A DNA stretch of 64,000 nt from contig JBGAJA010000002.1 of NCBI GenBank assembly GCA_044225175.1, forward strand, positions 408,991 to 472,990. The letters run 5' to 3'. The translations under genes were made by a program, and so were the position numbers. The notes beneath the pieces are model-generated. The model made no database searches and was not told where the DNA came from. It saw only the letters and a program-made list of their open reading frames with translations. This document shows positions 17,939-26,710 of the stretch, one piece after another (position 1 is the first letter of the stretch; every line of letters begins with the position of its first letter). The stretch is from Candidatus Omnitrophota bacterium. Lineage in GTDB: Bacteria > Omnitrophota > Gorgyraeia > Zapsychrales > Fredricksoniimonadaceae.

Positions 17939-20900
17939 ATGAGAAAACAAACCACAATGACCTACATCAGCCGAAGGCTGATCAGCCTCTGGCTGACAGC
18001 TGCTTTTATAGTTGGCCCTTTGCCCAGGGCTCAGGCGCAAGATTTTACCTTACCTAAGCCTGGTGTCATGGTGCATCTAAGCCCTGAATTTACACCTGCT
18101 CATTTACAGGGCATGACCATTCATCCTGGTAATGCCTTACAATTCGATTTCTTAATTCACAAAGGCGATAAGAATTTACAAGCAGATCAGAAGAAAGAAG
18201 AATATAAGAAACTGATCAAGTATTTCCTCGCTTCTTTGACCATTCCTGATGAAGATCAATGGGTGAACCTTTCTCCCTATGAGAAGGATCGGATCATTAA
18301 GGATGATTTTGGTAAGACTGAGATGGGCCGAGATCTTTTAGCTCAGGATTATCTATTAAAACAAATTACCTCTAGCCTCATTTATCCCGAAGATAGTTTA
18401 GGACAGAAGTTCTGGGACAAGATCTATGAACGTGCCTGGAAGGAATATCATACGACCAATATCCCAGTGAATACGTTTAATAAGGTCTGGATTGTTCCGG
18501 ATGAAGCGATTGTGTATGAGAGTGGCAATAGCGCTTACATTCTCAAAAGTCATTTGAAGGTCATGCTAGAGGAAGATTATTTGTCATTAGAAAAGCATTC
18601 TGGTGTCATGGCGAACCACAAAGGGGTGAAGCAATTTTTTAAATCTGAAAAGATTGCCCCGTCGCCTTCGGCTCCTCGCAATGACACAAGTTCTCTTGGT
18701 TCGCAGGTAGTCCGCGAAATTGTACTTCCTGCTCTTGAGAAGGAAGTTAATGAAGGGGAGAATTTTTCTAATCTTCGTCAAATGTACAGCGGGATGGTTC
18801 TGGCGACATGGTACAAGAAAGCCCTTAAAGAATCTTTACTGGGAAAGTTTTATACTGATAAAGCCAAGGTCAAAGGAGTTAATCAGGATCCACAAAATAA
18901 TCAAGCCATTTACCAACAGTATCTCAAAGCTTTCAAGAAGGGCTGTTTTAATTATATCAAAGAAGATGTAGACAAATACACCAAGGAATCGGTTCCTAGA
19001 AAATATTTCTCCGGCGGTTTTCACCGCCCTATGTTCAGAAATGGATCCGAAGTAACCTTTATCCCTGCAGGGAAGTTGAATAGAACCTTAGCGATGGCAG
19101 CTATAGTTTCATCGCAAGAATCTCTAGAGCAGGCCACTGTTGCGTTTAATGCAGCAGGAGAGATAAGGAACAGTGCTCAATCGGCAGGCGATCAGGCGAT
19201 GATGGAAAATCCTCCGAAAGACTCCAATGCGGGAAGAGAAACATTAACCTTAGAAGCTTTGGAGAGAATTATGAGCTCCTATATCCAATCGAATGAAAAA
19301 TCGATCTATGGGTTTATTCAAACTTTGATACATAGCGTAGGAGGGGAAGCAAACATAACTGCGGATCCTAAAGGAATCGAACAAGGCGCTACAATTAGCT
19401 TTGCTTTTAGTTTTCGCAGAAATATTGAGTTATCAGGCAAAACATATAGTGCCCTTGAAGTGTCAACATTTATCCTAACCGAACTTGAAAGAAAGCTTAA
19501 TGAAGAATATGGCCGCAACTATAAAGTTGAAAGCCATATCATAGACAACCACGAGAGAGAATTGCATGATGACAGGAATTTTCAACTTGTGGTTGATATC
19601 GATAGAAGAACATTTGAAAAGGCGAAAATGCGCTATAAACAATTAATGTCCTTTTCGGATATTCTTAGTCGAATTGATGAAATACCCAGAACAGCACGCC
19701 CTAATATTTTATTTATGGTGCCTAGAGACGGCAACAGCCCAATTTATTTGATGCTTCAAAATACCGGACGATACATATTCTTTGACCATGTCACTGCCTT
19801 TAGTGTATTTAATGAAGAGCTTTATTATTCTTATTTGGATCCACAGGAACAAGGCAATGTAATTTTTGTTTGTTTGAATGCAAAAGGTGTTATTAGGCAA
19901 TTAAGACCAAATGAGGTCCCAAAGAGCCTCAGAGAAGAATTTGGTATACAAGAATCTGATTTGATGGATTTAAATGGTAATTATAAGGCCAGTTTTATTA
20001 TTGGCGGGTTCAATGATAATAATGTAATTGATTCCTTAACTCAGCTAAAAGGCGTCAAAATGGAAGATGTTGAGAATAAGATGAAAGAAACTTCACAAAC
20101 AGATGCAAAATCGATTAAGGATTTATTAAAAGATCAAAACACAAAGGTAACAAAGAGAGGATTTACACATCAAGAAATAGCTGAAGCGCTTTTTATAGCT
20201 ATGCAAAATATACCTGGAAAATATTTTAAAATTGCCAACTATGATTTCTTAATTGAAAAATCAACAAGTGATTCAAATAAAGATCCTGTATTCATAAACC
20301 CCAACAATTTTCTATCGCCAGACGCACGAAAAGTCCAATATACGCTAAGGAACATCTCATTGGATAGATCAATTACATTTTTTGCATCAACTGCTTACGA
20401 TATTGCGAATTTTGGTTTTTACGGGGACCTTGATCCATTAAATATGATCGAAGTATTAGGATTAAAACCTGTGGGAAGAGATACTGGCTCTTCTGAGGAT
20501 CAGCCAAATATTATCGATGGTAAAGCTCGAATCAATCCTGATGCAAGGATGCCAGATATTAAGAAAAAGATGCGAGCAAGTAACGAAGAGTTAGAGCGAT
20601 ATCATGCTGGGATTACAGCGGCATTAACGGCCGTAGTGAAGATTAATTTAGGCAAAGATGATATAGGAGAGACAAAAATTATTAATTTTGGATCAACATC
20701 AAGAGATACGCACATCGATAATTTTTCTAATGAAGGTTTAGATATTGATTATCTTATTCAATTTAGTACTGAAGATGAGTTGAAGCTGTTTAGACGAAAC
20801 CTGAAAACATTCGGTTTTTCTGCTGCAAAGGTTATTTTTCAAGATAAAGGTTTTGAATTTGCGCAGGGACAGAGAGGTTTGACTCCTGAAGGTCAATATT

Positions 20901-21661
20901 TACAGTCGTTTTATGTTAGAGAAAAGGGTCAAAAGATATGGATTCTATTGCATGTAAAATTTGCAGTAACGAAAAAAGATTTAATTTATATAGATTGGTT
21001 TGACCGGCAAATGACTCAAATTGAAAATTTAGGAGAAAGCCGTGAACAAATTGCCAGAGAAATTCGTAAGATGAAAAGCGTTATTCAAGATATGCGAAAG
21101 GGAAAAACTTATAAGCGTCGTGCTATTTCTATTGCCTTTGAGCAATTGGTTATTCAATCAGCGGGTGCTTCAGATTATGGGCGCACAATATTAGGAGTTG
21201 GAAGTTTTCAAAAGGCCATCGATCGAGTTTATGAGGCAGGTTATGATAAGCTAAATAAACGTGTAATCCCTCTTCAAGAAGTTCAAGATACTTTTCAAAT
21301 TTTTGATCCGGAGAAGAGAACTAATTATATAGCTACTTTTACAGTTCAGGAATGGAATGATTTAGTCAATTTAGTTATAAAAATTAAAGAAACACCAGAT
21401 TTTCTTAAGGAGATTATCGTAGGCAACCCAGGGAACTTGACAGATTCAAACAAAGCGATGACAGCAAAAGGTGGTGTTGACTTTAACTCTGCGAATTTGA
21501 ATTTACAAATCAAGCGTGATGGCCGTGGGGTGCCGCTGCCTTTAGCCCAGCAGGATATGGCCCAACTAAACGCCATTGAAGGTTTTGAAGTTAATATCTT
21601 GGAAATTAAACCTGCTGTTAATGTTTCCATCATTTCTGAATTAAAAACCATTGCAAAATAA
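17939..21661 (+). CDS. Large modular exported-type protein, paralog 1 (conserved N and C modules; cargo includes an NTase-like domain)
   Basis: Signal-like N-terminus (AQA|Q); KLIKYFLASLTIP..WVNLSPYEK shared with the ORFs at 26711 and 63515; GGVDFN C-terminal module. Confidence 0.85.
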   Translation: MRKQTTMTYISRRLISLWLTAAFIVGPLPRAQAQDFTLPKPGVMVHLSPEFTPAHLQGMTIHPGNALQFDFLIHKGDKNLQADQKKEEYKKLIKYFLASLTIPDEDQWVNLSPYEKDRIIKDDFGKTEMGRDLLAQDYLLKQITSSLIYPEDSLGQKFWDKIYERAWKEYHTTNIPVNTFNKVWIVPDEAIVYESGNSAYILKSHLKVMLEEDYLSLEKHSGVMANHKGVKQFFKSEKIAPSPSAPRNDTSSLGSQVVREIVLPALEKEVNEGENFSNLRQMYSGMVLATWYKKALKESLLGKFYTDKAKVKGVNQDPQNNQAIYQQYLKAFKKGCFNYIKEDVDKYTKESVPRKYFSGGFHRPMFRNGSEVTFIPAGKLNRTLAMAAIVSSQESLEQATVAFNAAGEIRNSAQSAGDQAMMENPPKDSNAGRETLTLEALERIMSSYIQSNEKSIYGFIQTLIHSVGGEANITADPKGIEQGATISFAFSFRRNIELSGKTYSALEVSTFILTELERKLNEEYGRNYKVESHIIDNHERELHDDRNFQLVVDIDRRTFEKAKMRYKQLMSFSDILSRIDEIPRTARPNILFMVPRDGNSPIYLMLQNTGRYIFFDHVTAFSVFNEELYYSYLDPQEQGNVIFVCLNAKGVIRQLRPNEVPKSLREEFGIQESDLMDLNGNYKASFIIGGFNDNNVIDSLTQLKGVKMEDVENKMKETSQTDAKSIKDLLKDQNTKVTKRGFTHQEIAEALFIAMQNIPGKYFKIANYDFLIEKSTSDSNKDPVFINPNNFLSPDARKVQYTLRNISLDRSITFFASTAYDIANFGFYGDLDPLNMIEVLGLKPVGRDTGSSEDQPNIIDGKARINPDARMPDIKKKMRASNEELERYHAGITAALTAVVKINLGKDDIGETKIINFGSTSRDTHIDNFSNEGLDIDYLIQFSTEDELKLFRRNLKTFGFSAAKVIFQDKGFEFAQGQRGLTPEGQYLQSFYVREKGQKIWILLHVKFAVTKKDLIYIDWFDRQMTQIENLGESREQIAREIRKMKSVIQDMRKGKTYKRRAISIAFEQLVIQSAGASDYGRTILGVGSFQKAIDRVYEAGYDKLNKRVIPLQEVQDTFQIFDPEKRTNYIATFTVQEWNDLVNLVIKIKETPDFLKEIIVGNPGNLTDSNKAMTAKGGVDFNSANLNLQIKRDGRGVPLPLAQQDMAQLNAIEGFEVNILEIKPAVNVSIISELKTIAK
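18604..18686. repeat. Degenerate TGTCAT...CGCAATGACA element read through inside paralog 1
   Basis: TGTCATGGCGAA...GAAGCAAT...AGATTGC...GCTCCTCGCAATGACA; encodes VMANHKGVKQFFKSEKIAPSPSAPRND. Confidence 0.85.
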
Positions 21662-21695
21662 GAGAGTATGAAACACTTAGAGGTCAAATGTGGTC

Positions 21696-21723
21696 TTGAC
21701 AAAGAAATAGCTCATGCTATACT
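21696..21723 (+). promoter_or_regulatory. Sigma70-type promoter of hrcA-grpE-dnaK-dnaJ
   Basis: TTGACA, 16 nt, then (TG-c)TATACT. Confidence 0.75.
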
Positions 21724-21724
21724 T

Positions 21725-21751
21725 CTAGCAGTCAAACATTGAGAGTGCTAA
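21725..21751 (+). promoter_or_regulatory. CIRCE upstream of hrcA
   Basis: CTAGCAGTC-N9-GAGTGCTAA. Confidence 0.9.
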
Positions 21752-21812
21752 TCCTGCTGCGCTCCAAAACTTCCGTTTGGGAGCTTCGCAGAGATGAGTC
21801 TCAGGAAAACAT

Positions 21813-22547
21813 ATGGCAGCTAAACATTTAGATATCAAACAACGTAAAGATCGAATCCTGGCTATTGTCGTTGGGCAATATATCAAGACAATTACGCCGG
21901 TTGGGTCTCATTTTTTGACTGCTGAATACAATTTAGATGTTTCTCCCGCCACTGTCAGGAACATCTTGGCAGAGTTAGAAGAACAAGGTTATTTGACACA
22001 TCCTCACACATCCGCGGGCCGCATTCCGACCCAGCGCGGTTATCGGTACTATGTAGATCACTTAATGAATGAAATTCAGCTTTTGGAAGAAGAAAAGCGG
22101 CGAATTCAGTCAGAACACAAGCAATATACTAATCAGTTAGAAGCTTTAATGGAAAAAACGTCTGAAACCCTTTCAGACTTAACACATTGCACCAGTATCA
22201 TTTCAATTGATGGCTGGGGAAGTAAAATTATTTTAAAAGGGACGAGCCATGTGGTTGGCTATCCTGAACAAGTAGATGTTTTGAAGATTCAGGCGATCTT
22301 GAGGATTCTTGAAGAGAAGGAACGTTTATTATCTTTGATTAATCGTGATTTGGAACACAAAACGGAGATCTTTATCGGCCATGAAATGGCCTTGAAAGAA
22401 ATGGAAAGCTGTTCTTTAGCTGTCTCAAGCTTTGAACAAGAGGGTGTCACAGGACGCATTGCAGTTTTGGGACCAACTCGTATGGACTATGACCGCGTAG
22501 TTTCTGCTCTTGAGTATATCTCCGATTTGTTAAGTCATAGAAAATAG
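21813..22547 (+). CDS. hrcA: Heat-inducible transcription repressor, short form (244 aa)
   Basis: SPATVRN, PHTSAGRIPT, GYRYYVD and GPTRMDY. Confidence 0.93.
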   Translation: MAAKHLDIKQRKDRILAIVVGQYIKTITPVGSHFLTAEYNLDVSPATVRNILAELEEQGYLTHPHTSAGRIPTQRGYRYYVDHLMNEIQLLEEEKRRIQSEHKQYTNQLEALMEKTSETLSDLTHCTSIISIDGWGSKIILKGTSHVVGYPEQVDVLKIQAILRILEEKERLLSLINRDLEHKTEIFIGHEMALKEMESCSLAVSSFEQEGVTGRIAVLGPTRMDYDRVVSALEYISDLLSHRK

Positions 22548-22565
22548 AAAAGGACACAATAAGGT

Positions 22566-23105
22566 ATGGACGAAAAAGTTCAACAACCTCAAGAAGAAAT
22601 TTTGTCACAAGAACAACATCCTCAAGAGCCCAGCGCTTCACAAGCTAGTGAAGTAGATGTGTTAAAGAATTTGTTGAGTATTGAGAAAGATAAATATGTT
22701 CGTCTCTTAGCTGAATTCGACAATATGAGAAAACGTCATGAGCGCGATCGCATGGAATTGATTAAATATGCTCATGAGGAAGTTATTATTGAATGTTTAA
22801 AGCTTTATGATAATCTTGAACGCTCTTTGAACGCTTTTAAGGCAAAAGAAGGAACTGATCCAAACTTGGTCAAAGGTCTTGAAATGGTTTTTAATACGAT
22901 GAAAGAACTGATGACTAAATATGAGGTTAAACCAATAGAAGCTGTTGGTAAACCTTTTGATCCAAACACACAAGAAGTGTTGATGCAGCAAGAAACAACG
23001 GATTTTCCCGACGGTGTTGTCATGGAAGAATTTGAAAAAGGATATACCCTAGGTGGTAAGGTTGTGCGGACCCCTAAAGTTAAAGTAGCGAAGAACAATA
23101 CGTAG
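22566..23105 (+). CDS. grpE: Nucleotide exchange factor
   Basis: AEFDNMRKR, FDPN and KGYTL..KVVR; operon context. Confidence 0.95.
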   Translation: MDEKVQQPQEEILSQEQHPQEPSASQASEVDVLKNLLSIEKDKYVRLLAEFDNMRKRHERDRMELIKYAHEEVIIECLKLYDNLERSLNAFKAKEGTDPNLVKGLEMVFNTMKELMTKYEVKPIEAVGKPFDPNTQEVLMQQETTDFPDGVVMEEFEKGYTLGGKVVRTPKVKVAKNNT

Positions 23106-23130
23106 AGACGTAGCAGTGCTGCGTCTGTAC
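23102..23130. repeat. Single GTAG REP providing the grpE TAG stop
   Basis: GTAGAGACGTAGCAGTGCTGCGTCTGTAC imperfect palindrome. Confidence 0.7.
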
Positions 23131-23163
23131 AGGAAATATTAATCAAGAATCAAGGAGGAATAT

Positions 23164-25092
23164 ATGGGTAAAGTCATTGGAATCGATTTAGGTACATCAA
23201 ATTCAGCTGCAGCTGTGATGGAAGGCGGCAGACCAGTCATCATCCCTTCAGCAGAAGGGGCTGGGGTTGCATCGGGTAAGGCATTTCCATCATTTGTTGC
23301 CTTCACCAAAGACGGGCAATTACTCGTCGGAGAACCTGCACGTCGTCAGGCTCCTATCAATTCAGAAGGAACCATTTATGCTTCCAAGCGTAAAATGGGT
23401 ACAGATTTTAAATTTAAAGTGTTCGGTAAGGAATACACTCCTCAACAAGTCGGATCATTTATCTTACAAAAAATCAAAGCAGATGCTGAGAAGTTTTTAG
23501 GCGAAACAGTTGATGGCGTTGTCATCACCGTTCCTGCTTACTTCAATGATAATCAGCGTCAAGCCACAAAAGATGCTGGTGAAATCGCTGGCTTAAAAGT
23601 TCTTCGTATTATCAACGAACCAACCGCTGCTTGCTTGGCTTATGGTTTGGATAAAGTCGGCAAAGAACAAAAGGTCATGGTTTTCGATCTTGGCGGTGGA
23701 ACATTGGATGTCACCATCCTTGAAATGGGCTGGGATGAAGCAGCTAAAGCAGCTACATTTGAAGTATTATCGACGAGTGGTGACAATCAACTAGGCGGTA
23801 CTGATATGGATAACGCTTTGATTGATCATATCGTTAACGAATTCAAAAAAGAAAGCGGTATTGATTTGCGTAACGATAAAATGTCATTCCAACGTTTACG
23901 CGAAGCTGCTGAAAAAGCTAAGGTGGAGTTATCTAGCACTGTTTCCACTGAAGTGAATCTACCTTATATTACGGCTGATGCCACAGGGCCAAAGCATTTA
24001 AATATGAAGATCGATCGTGCCAAATTAGAAAGTTTGATTGGGCCAATCGTTGATCGTTGTAAAGGGCCTGTTCGTCAAGCCATTAAAGATGCTTCTTCCA
24101 AATTAGGCGAAGAGGTGAAGGTTGACCGCATTGTCTTAGTCGGCGGTCCAACACGTATGCCAGTTGTTCAACAATTCTTGGAAAAAGAAGTTGGACAAAA
24201 AATCGAAGGTGGTATTGATCCAATGGAATGCGTGGCCTTAGGAGCTGCAATCCAGGGCGCTATCATCACTGGAGATGCTAAAGAAGTTCTTTTACTCGAC
24301 GTGACACCACTCTCTTTAGGGATTGAAACCATGGGTGGAGTTTTTACCAAGATGATTGAACGAAACACCACAATCCCAACTAAAAAAGCAATGCCATTCT
24401 CAACGGCTGAAGATAATCAGCCTGCGGTGACAATCCGTGTCCTGCAAGGTGAACGTCAAATGGCTAATGACAATACAGAGCTTGGAAGATTTGATTTAGT
24501 AGGGATTCCTCCAGCTCCTCGAGGCGTTCCTAAGATCGAAGTCACATTCGACATTGATGCCAACGGTATTGTTCACGTGACGGCTAAGGACACAGCAACC
24601 AACAAAGAACAAAAAATTCAAATCACAGCAAAGACCAAGTTGTCCGACGACGAAATTCAGAAAATGGTCAAAGAAGCAGAGAAATTTGCTGAAGAAGATA
24701 AAAAACGCCGTGAAGAAGCTGAGCTTCTTAATCAAGCCAATACATTGCTTTATTCTACAGAAAAGTCATTGAAAGATTATGGTGATAAAGTTTCTGCTGA
24801 TGATAAAGCTAATATCGAGAAAGAATTGGCTGCTTTAAAAGAAGCTATCGAAAAGAAAGATCAAGAAAAAATCAAATCATCTATGGAATCATTGCAAAAG
24901 GTCAGCCACAAGCTAGCTGAAGAAATGTACAAGGCTACAGCTGCCCAGCAACAAGGTGCTCCTGGAGCAGATGCAGGAGCTCAGCCTAATGATGCGGGTC
25001 CTTCACAAGATCAAGGTGGCGCATCAGATGAAGGTTCTAAACCAAAGGATGATGTAATCGACGCTGATTTTAAGGCGACGGATAAAAAATAA
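23164..25092 (+). CDS. dnaK: Chaperone Hsp70
   Basis: GIDLGTS, TVPAYF, NEPTAA, DLGGGT and [10 protein letters not shown]. Confidence 0.98.
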   Translation: MGKVIGIDLGTSNSAAAVMEGGRPVIIPSAEGAGVASGKAFPSFVAFTKDGQLLVGEPARRQAPINSEGTIYASKRKMGTDFKFKVFGKEYTPQQVGSFILQKIKADAEKFLGETVDGVVITVPAYFNDNQRQATKDAGEIAGLKVLRIINEPTAACLAYGLDKVGKEQKVMVFDLGGGTLDVTILEMGWDEAAKAATFEVLSTSGDNQLGGTDMDNALIDHIVNEFKKESGIDLRNDKMSFQRLREAAEKAKVELSSTVSTEVNLPYITADATGPKHLNMKIDRAKLESLIGPIVDRCKGPVRQAIKDASSKLGEEVKVDRIVLVGGPTRMPVVQQFLEKEVGQKIEGGIDPMECVALGAAIQGAIITGDAKEVLLLDVTPLSLGIETMGGVFTKMIERNTTIPTKKAMPFSTAEDNQPAVTIRVLQGERQMANDNTELGRFDLVGIPPAPRGVPKIEVTFDIDANGIVHVTAKDTATNKEQKIQITAKTKLSDDEIQKMVKEAEKFAEEDKKRREEAELLNQANTLLYSTEKSLKDYGDKVSADDKANIEKELAALKEAIEKKDQEKIKSSMESLQKVSHKLAEEMYKATAAQQQGAPGADAGAQPNDAGPSQDQGGASDEGSKPKDDVIDADFKATDKK

Positions 25093-25114
25093 TAAAATGA
25101 ATGCGGAATTTATC

Positions 25115-25173
25115 GTAGGGGCGGCCCCCTGTGGCCGCCCTTAATAAGGGCCGGCACAGGGGCCTGCCCCTAC
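25115..25173. repeat. GTAG REP doublet between dnaK and dnaJ
   Basis: GTAGGGGCGGCCCCCTGTGGCCGCCC...GGGCCGGCACAGGGGCCTGCCCCTAC; same subtype as 9164. Confidence 0.9.
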
Positions 25174-25183
25174 AAAAATTATT

Positions 25184-26302
25184 ATGAAAAAAGATTATTA
25201 CGAAATATTAGGCGTCGCCAAAACTGCAACTTTAGCTGAAGTTAAAAAAGCTTATCGATCACTGGCCCTCAAATATCATCCAGACCGTGTTGCAGAGGCT
25301 GAGAAAAAAGATGCTGAGGCAAAGTTTAAAGAAATCTCTGAGGCCTATGGTGTCCTTTCAGATCCACAGAAAAGACAAACTTACGATCAATACGGCCATC
25401 AAGGAATTGATCAGACATATACGTCAGAAGATATTTTTAAAGGCGCTGATTTTTCAAGCATTTTTGAAGGAGCTGGTCTTGGAGATATTTTAGGTCAAAT
25501 GTTTGGAGGTAGTTTTGAAGGCGGTGGTCGTTCAAGTCGACGCGCGCGCGGTCGCGATATTCAATATGAAGTAGAGCTTACTCTGGAAGATGCTTATAAA
25601 GGCGTTCACAAAGAAATCAAAGTTCCTCGTCATGAATATTGCAAGCAATGCGATGGGACAGGGGCTAAGAATGGCACTGCTTTAAAGACTTGCCCAACAT
25701 GTCATGGTCAAGGACAAGTTGTGATGTCATCGGGTTTTTTCCGTATGGCTCAAACATGCGGGCAATGTCAAGGTCGTGGTAAGACAATCACAGAAAGCTG
25801 TCTTGAATGTTCAGGCCAAGGTGTTAAACGGGTCGTTAGAAATATTGACGTCACAATTCCAGCTGGTGTTGACAATGATTCTCAGCTTCGTGTGCGTGGA
25901 GAAGGTGAAATAGGCCAAGGTGGAAGTGGGGACTTGTATTTATTTATCAAAGTCAGAGACCACCAGGTCTATCGACGAGATGGGGATGATTTATATATGG
26001 ATGTCCCAGTGAGTTTTGTGAAGGCGACATTGGGTGGAGATGTGCTTGTTAAGACATTAAAAGAATCCGTTGAGATGAAGATCCCAAGCGGTACTCAAGG
26101 TGGAAAGATGTTTAGGCTCAAAGGCCAAGGAATGCCTTCTGTTCATGGGCATGACCATGGAGATTTATATGCAAGAGTTATGATTGAAATACCCACAAAC
26201 CTAAATACACGCCAGAGAGAAATTCTGGAAGAATTCGCCAAAGAATCTGGGGAATCCGTCAAAGGTTCATTAAAAGATCGATTCAAGAAAGCATTTAAAT
26301 AA
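25184..26302 (+). CDS. dnaJ: Chaperone Hsp40
   Basis: HPD J-domain and four CxxCxGxG repeats. Confidence 0.97.
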   Translation: MKKDYYEILGVAKTATLAEVKKAYRSLALKYHPDRVAEAEKKDAEAKFKEISEAYGVLSDPQKRQTYDQYGHQGIDQTYTSEDIFKGADFSSIFEGAGLGDILGQMFGGSFEGGGRSSRRARGRDIQYEVELTLEDAYKGVHKEIKVPRHEYCKQCDGTGAKNGTALKTCPTCHGQGQVVMSSGFFRMAQTCGQCQGRGKTITESCLECSGQGVKRVVRNIDVTIPAGVDNDSQLRVRGEGEIGQGGSGDLYLFIKVRDHQVYRRDGDDLYMDVPVSFVKATLGGDVLVKTLKESVEMKIPSGTQGGKMFRLKGQGMPSVHGHDHGDLYARVMIEIPTNLNTRQREILEEFAKESGESVKGSLKDRFKKAFK

Positions 26303-26303
26303 T

Positions 26304-26585
26304 ATGCCAACATATCAATACCAATGCGAAGCCTGTGGTCATGAATTTGAAGAACTTCAATCCATGACTGATAAGAAATTAACGAAATGTCCTAAGTGTA
26401 AAAAGCCTAAGCTAGTTCGTTTAATCGGAAGCGGCGCCGGCATGATTTTCAAAGGCAGCGGCTTTTATGAAACCGATTATAAGAAAAAATCACCATCTTC
26501 TGATTCAAAGCCTGCATCAAAACCCTCTTCGCCTGCTTCAAGCACTGGTAGTTGCGGAGGCGGGTGTGCCTGCCATCCTGCATAG
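26304..26585 (+). CDS. FmdB-family zinc-ribbon protein
   Basis: MPTYQYQC..CGH, CPKC and FKGSGFYETDY. Confidence 0.88.
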   Translation: MPTYQYQCEACGHEFEELQSMTDKKLTKCPKCKKPKLVRLIGSGAGMIFKGSGFYETDYKKKSPSSDSKPASKPSSPASSTGSCGGGCACHPA

Positions 26586-26610
26586 TTAAGGGATTAATAG
26601 CCAATTTAGA

Positions 26611-26641
26611 TTATAACTCATTTCATATCAATGGGTTATAA
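26611..26641. repeat. Inverted repeat with 12-bp arms and 7-bp spacer upstream of paralog 2
   Basis: TTATAACTCATT-TCATATC-AATGGGTTATAA (one mismatch). Confidence 0.6.
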
Positions 26642-26710
26642 GTTGGACAACTTTTCTTTATATGCTATCTTTTCTTTAAATCTTATCTAGTCCTATTTAA
26701 GAGGTGAATT

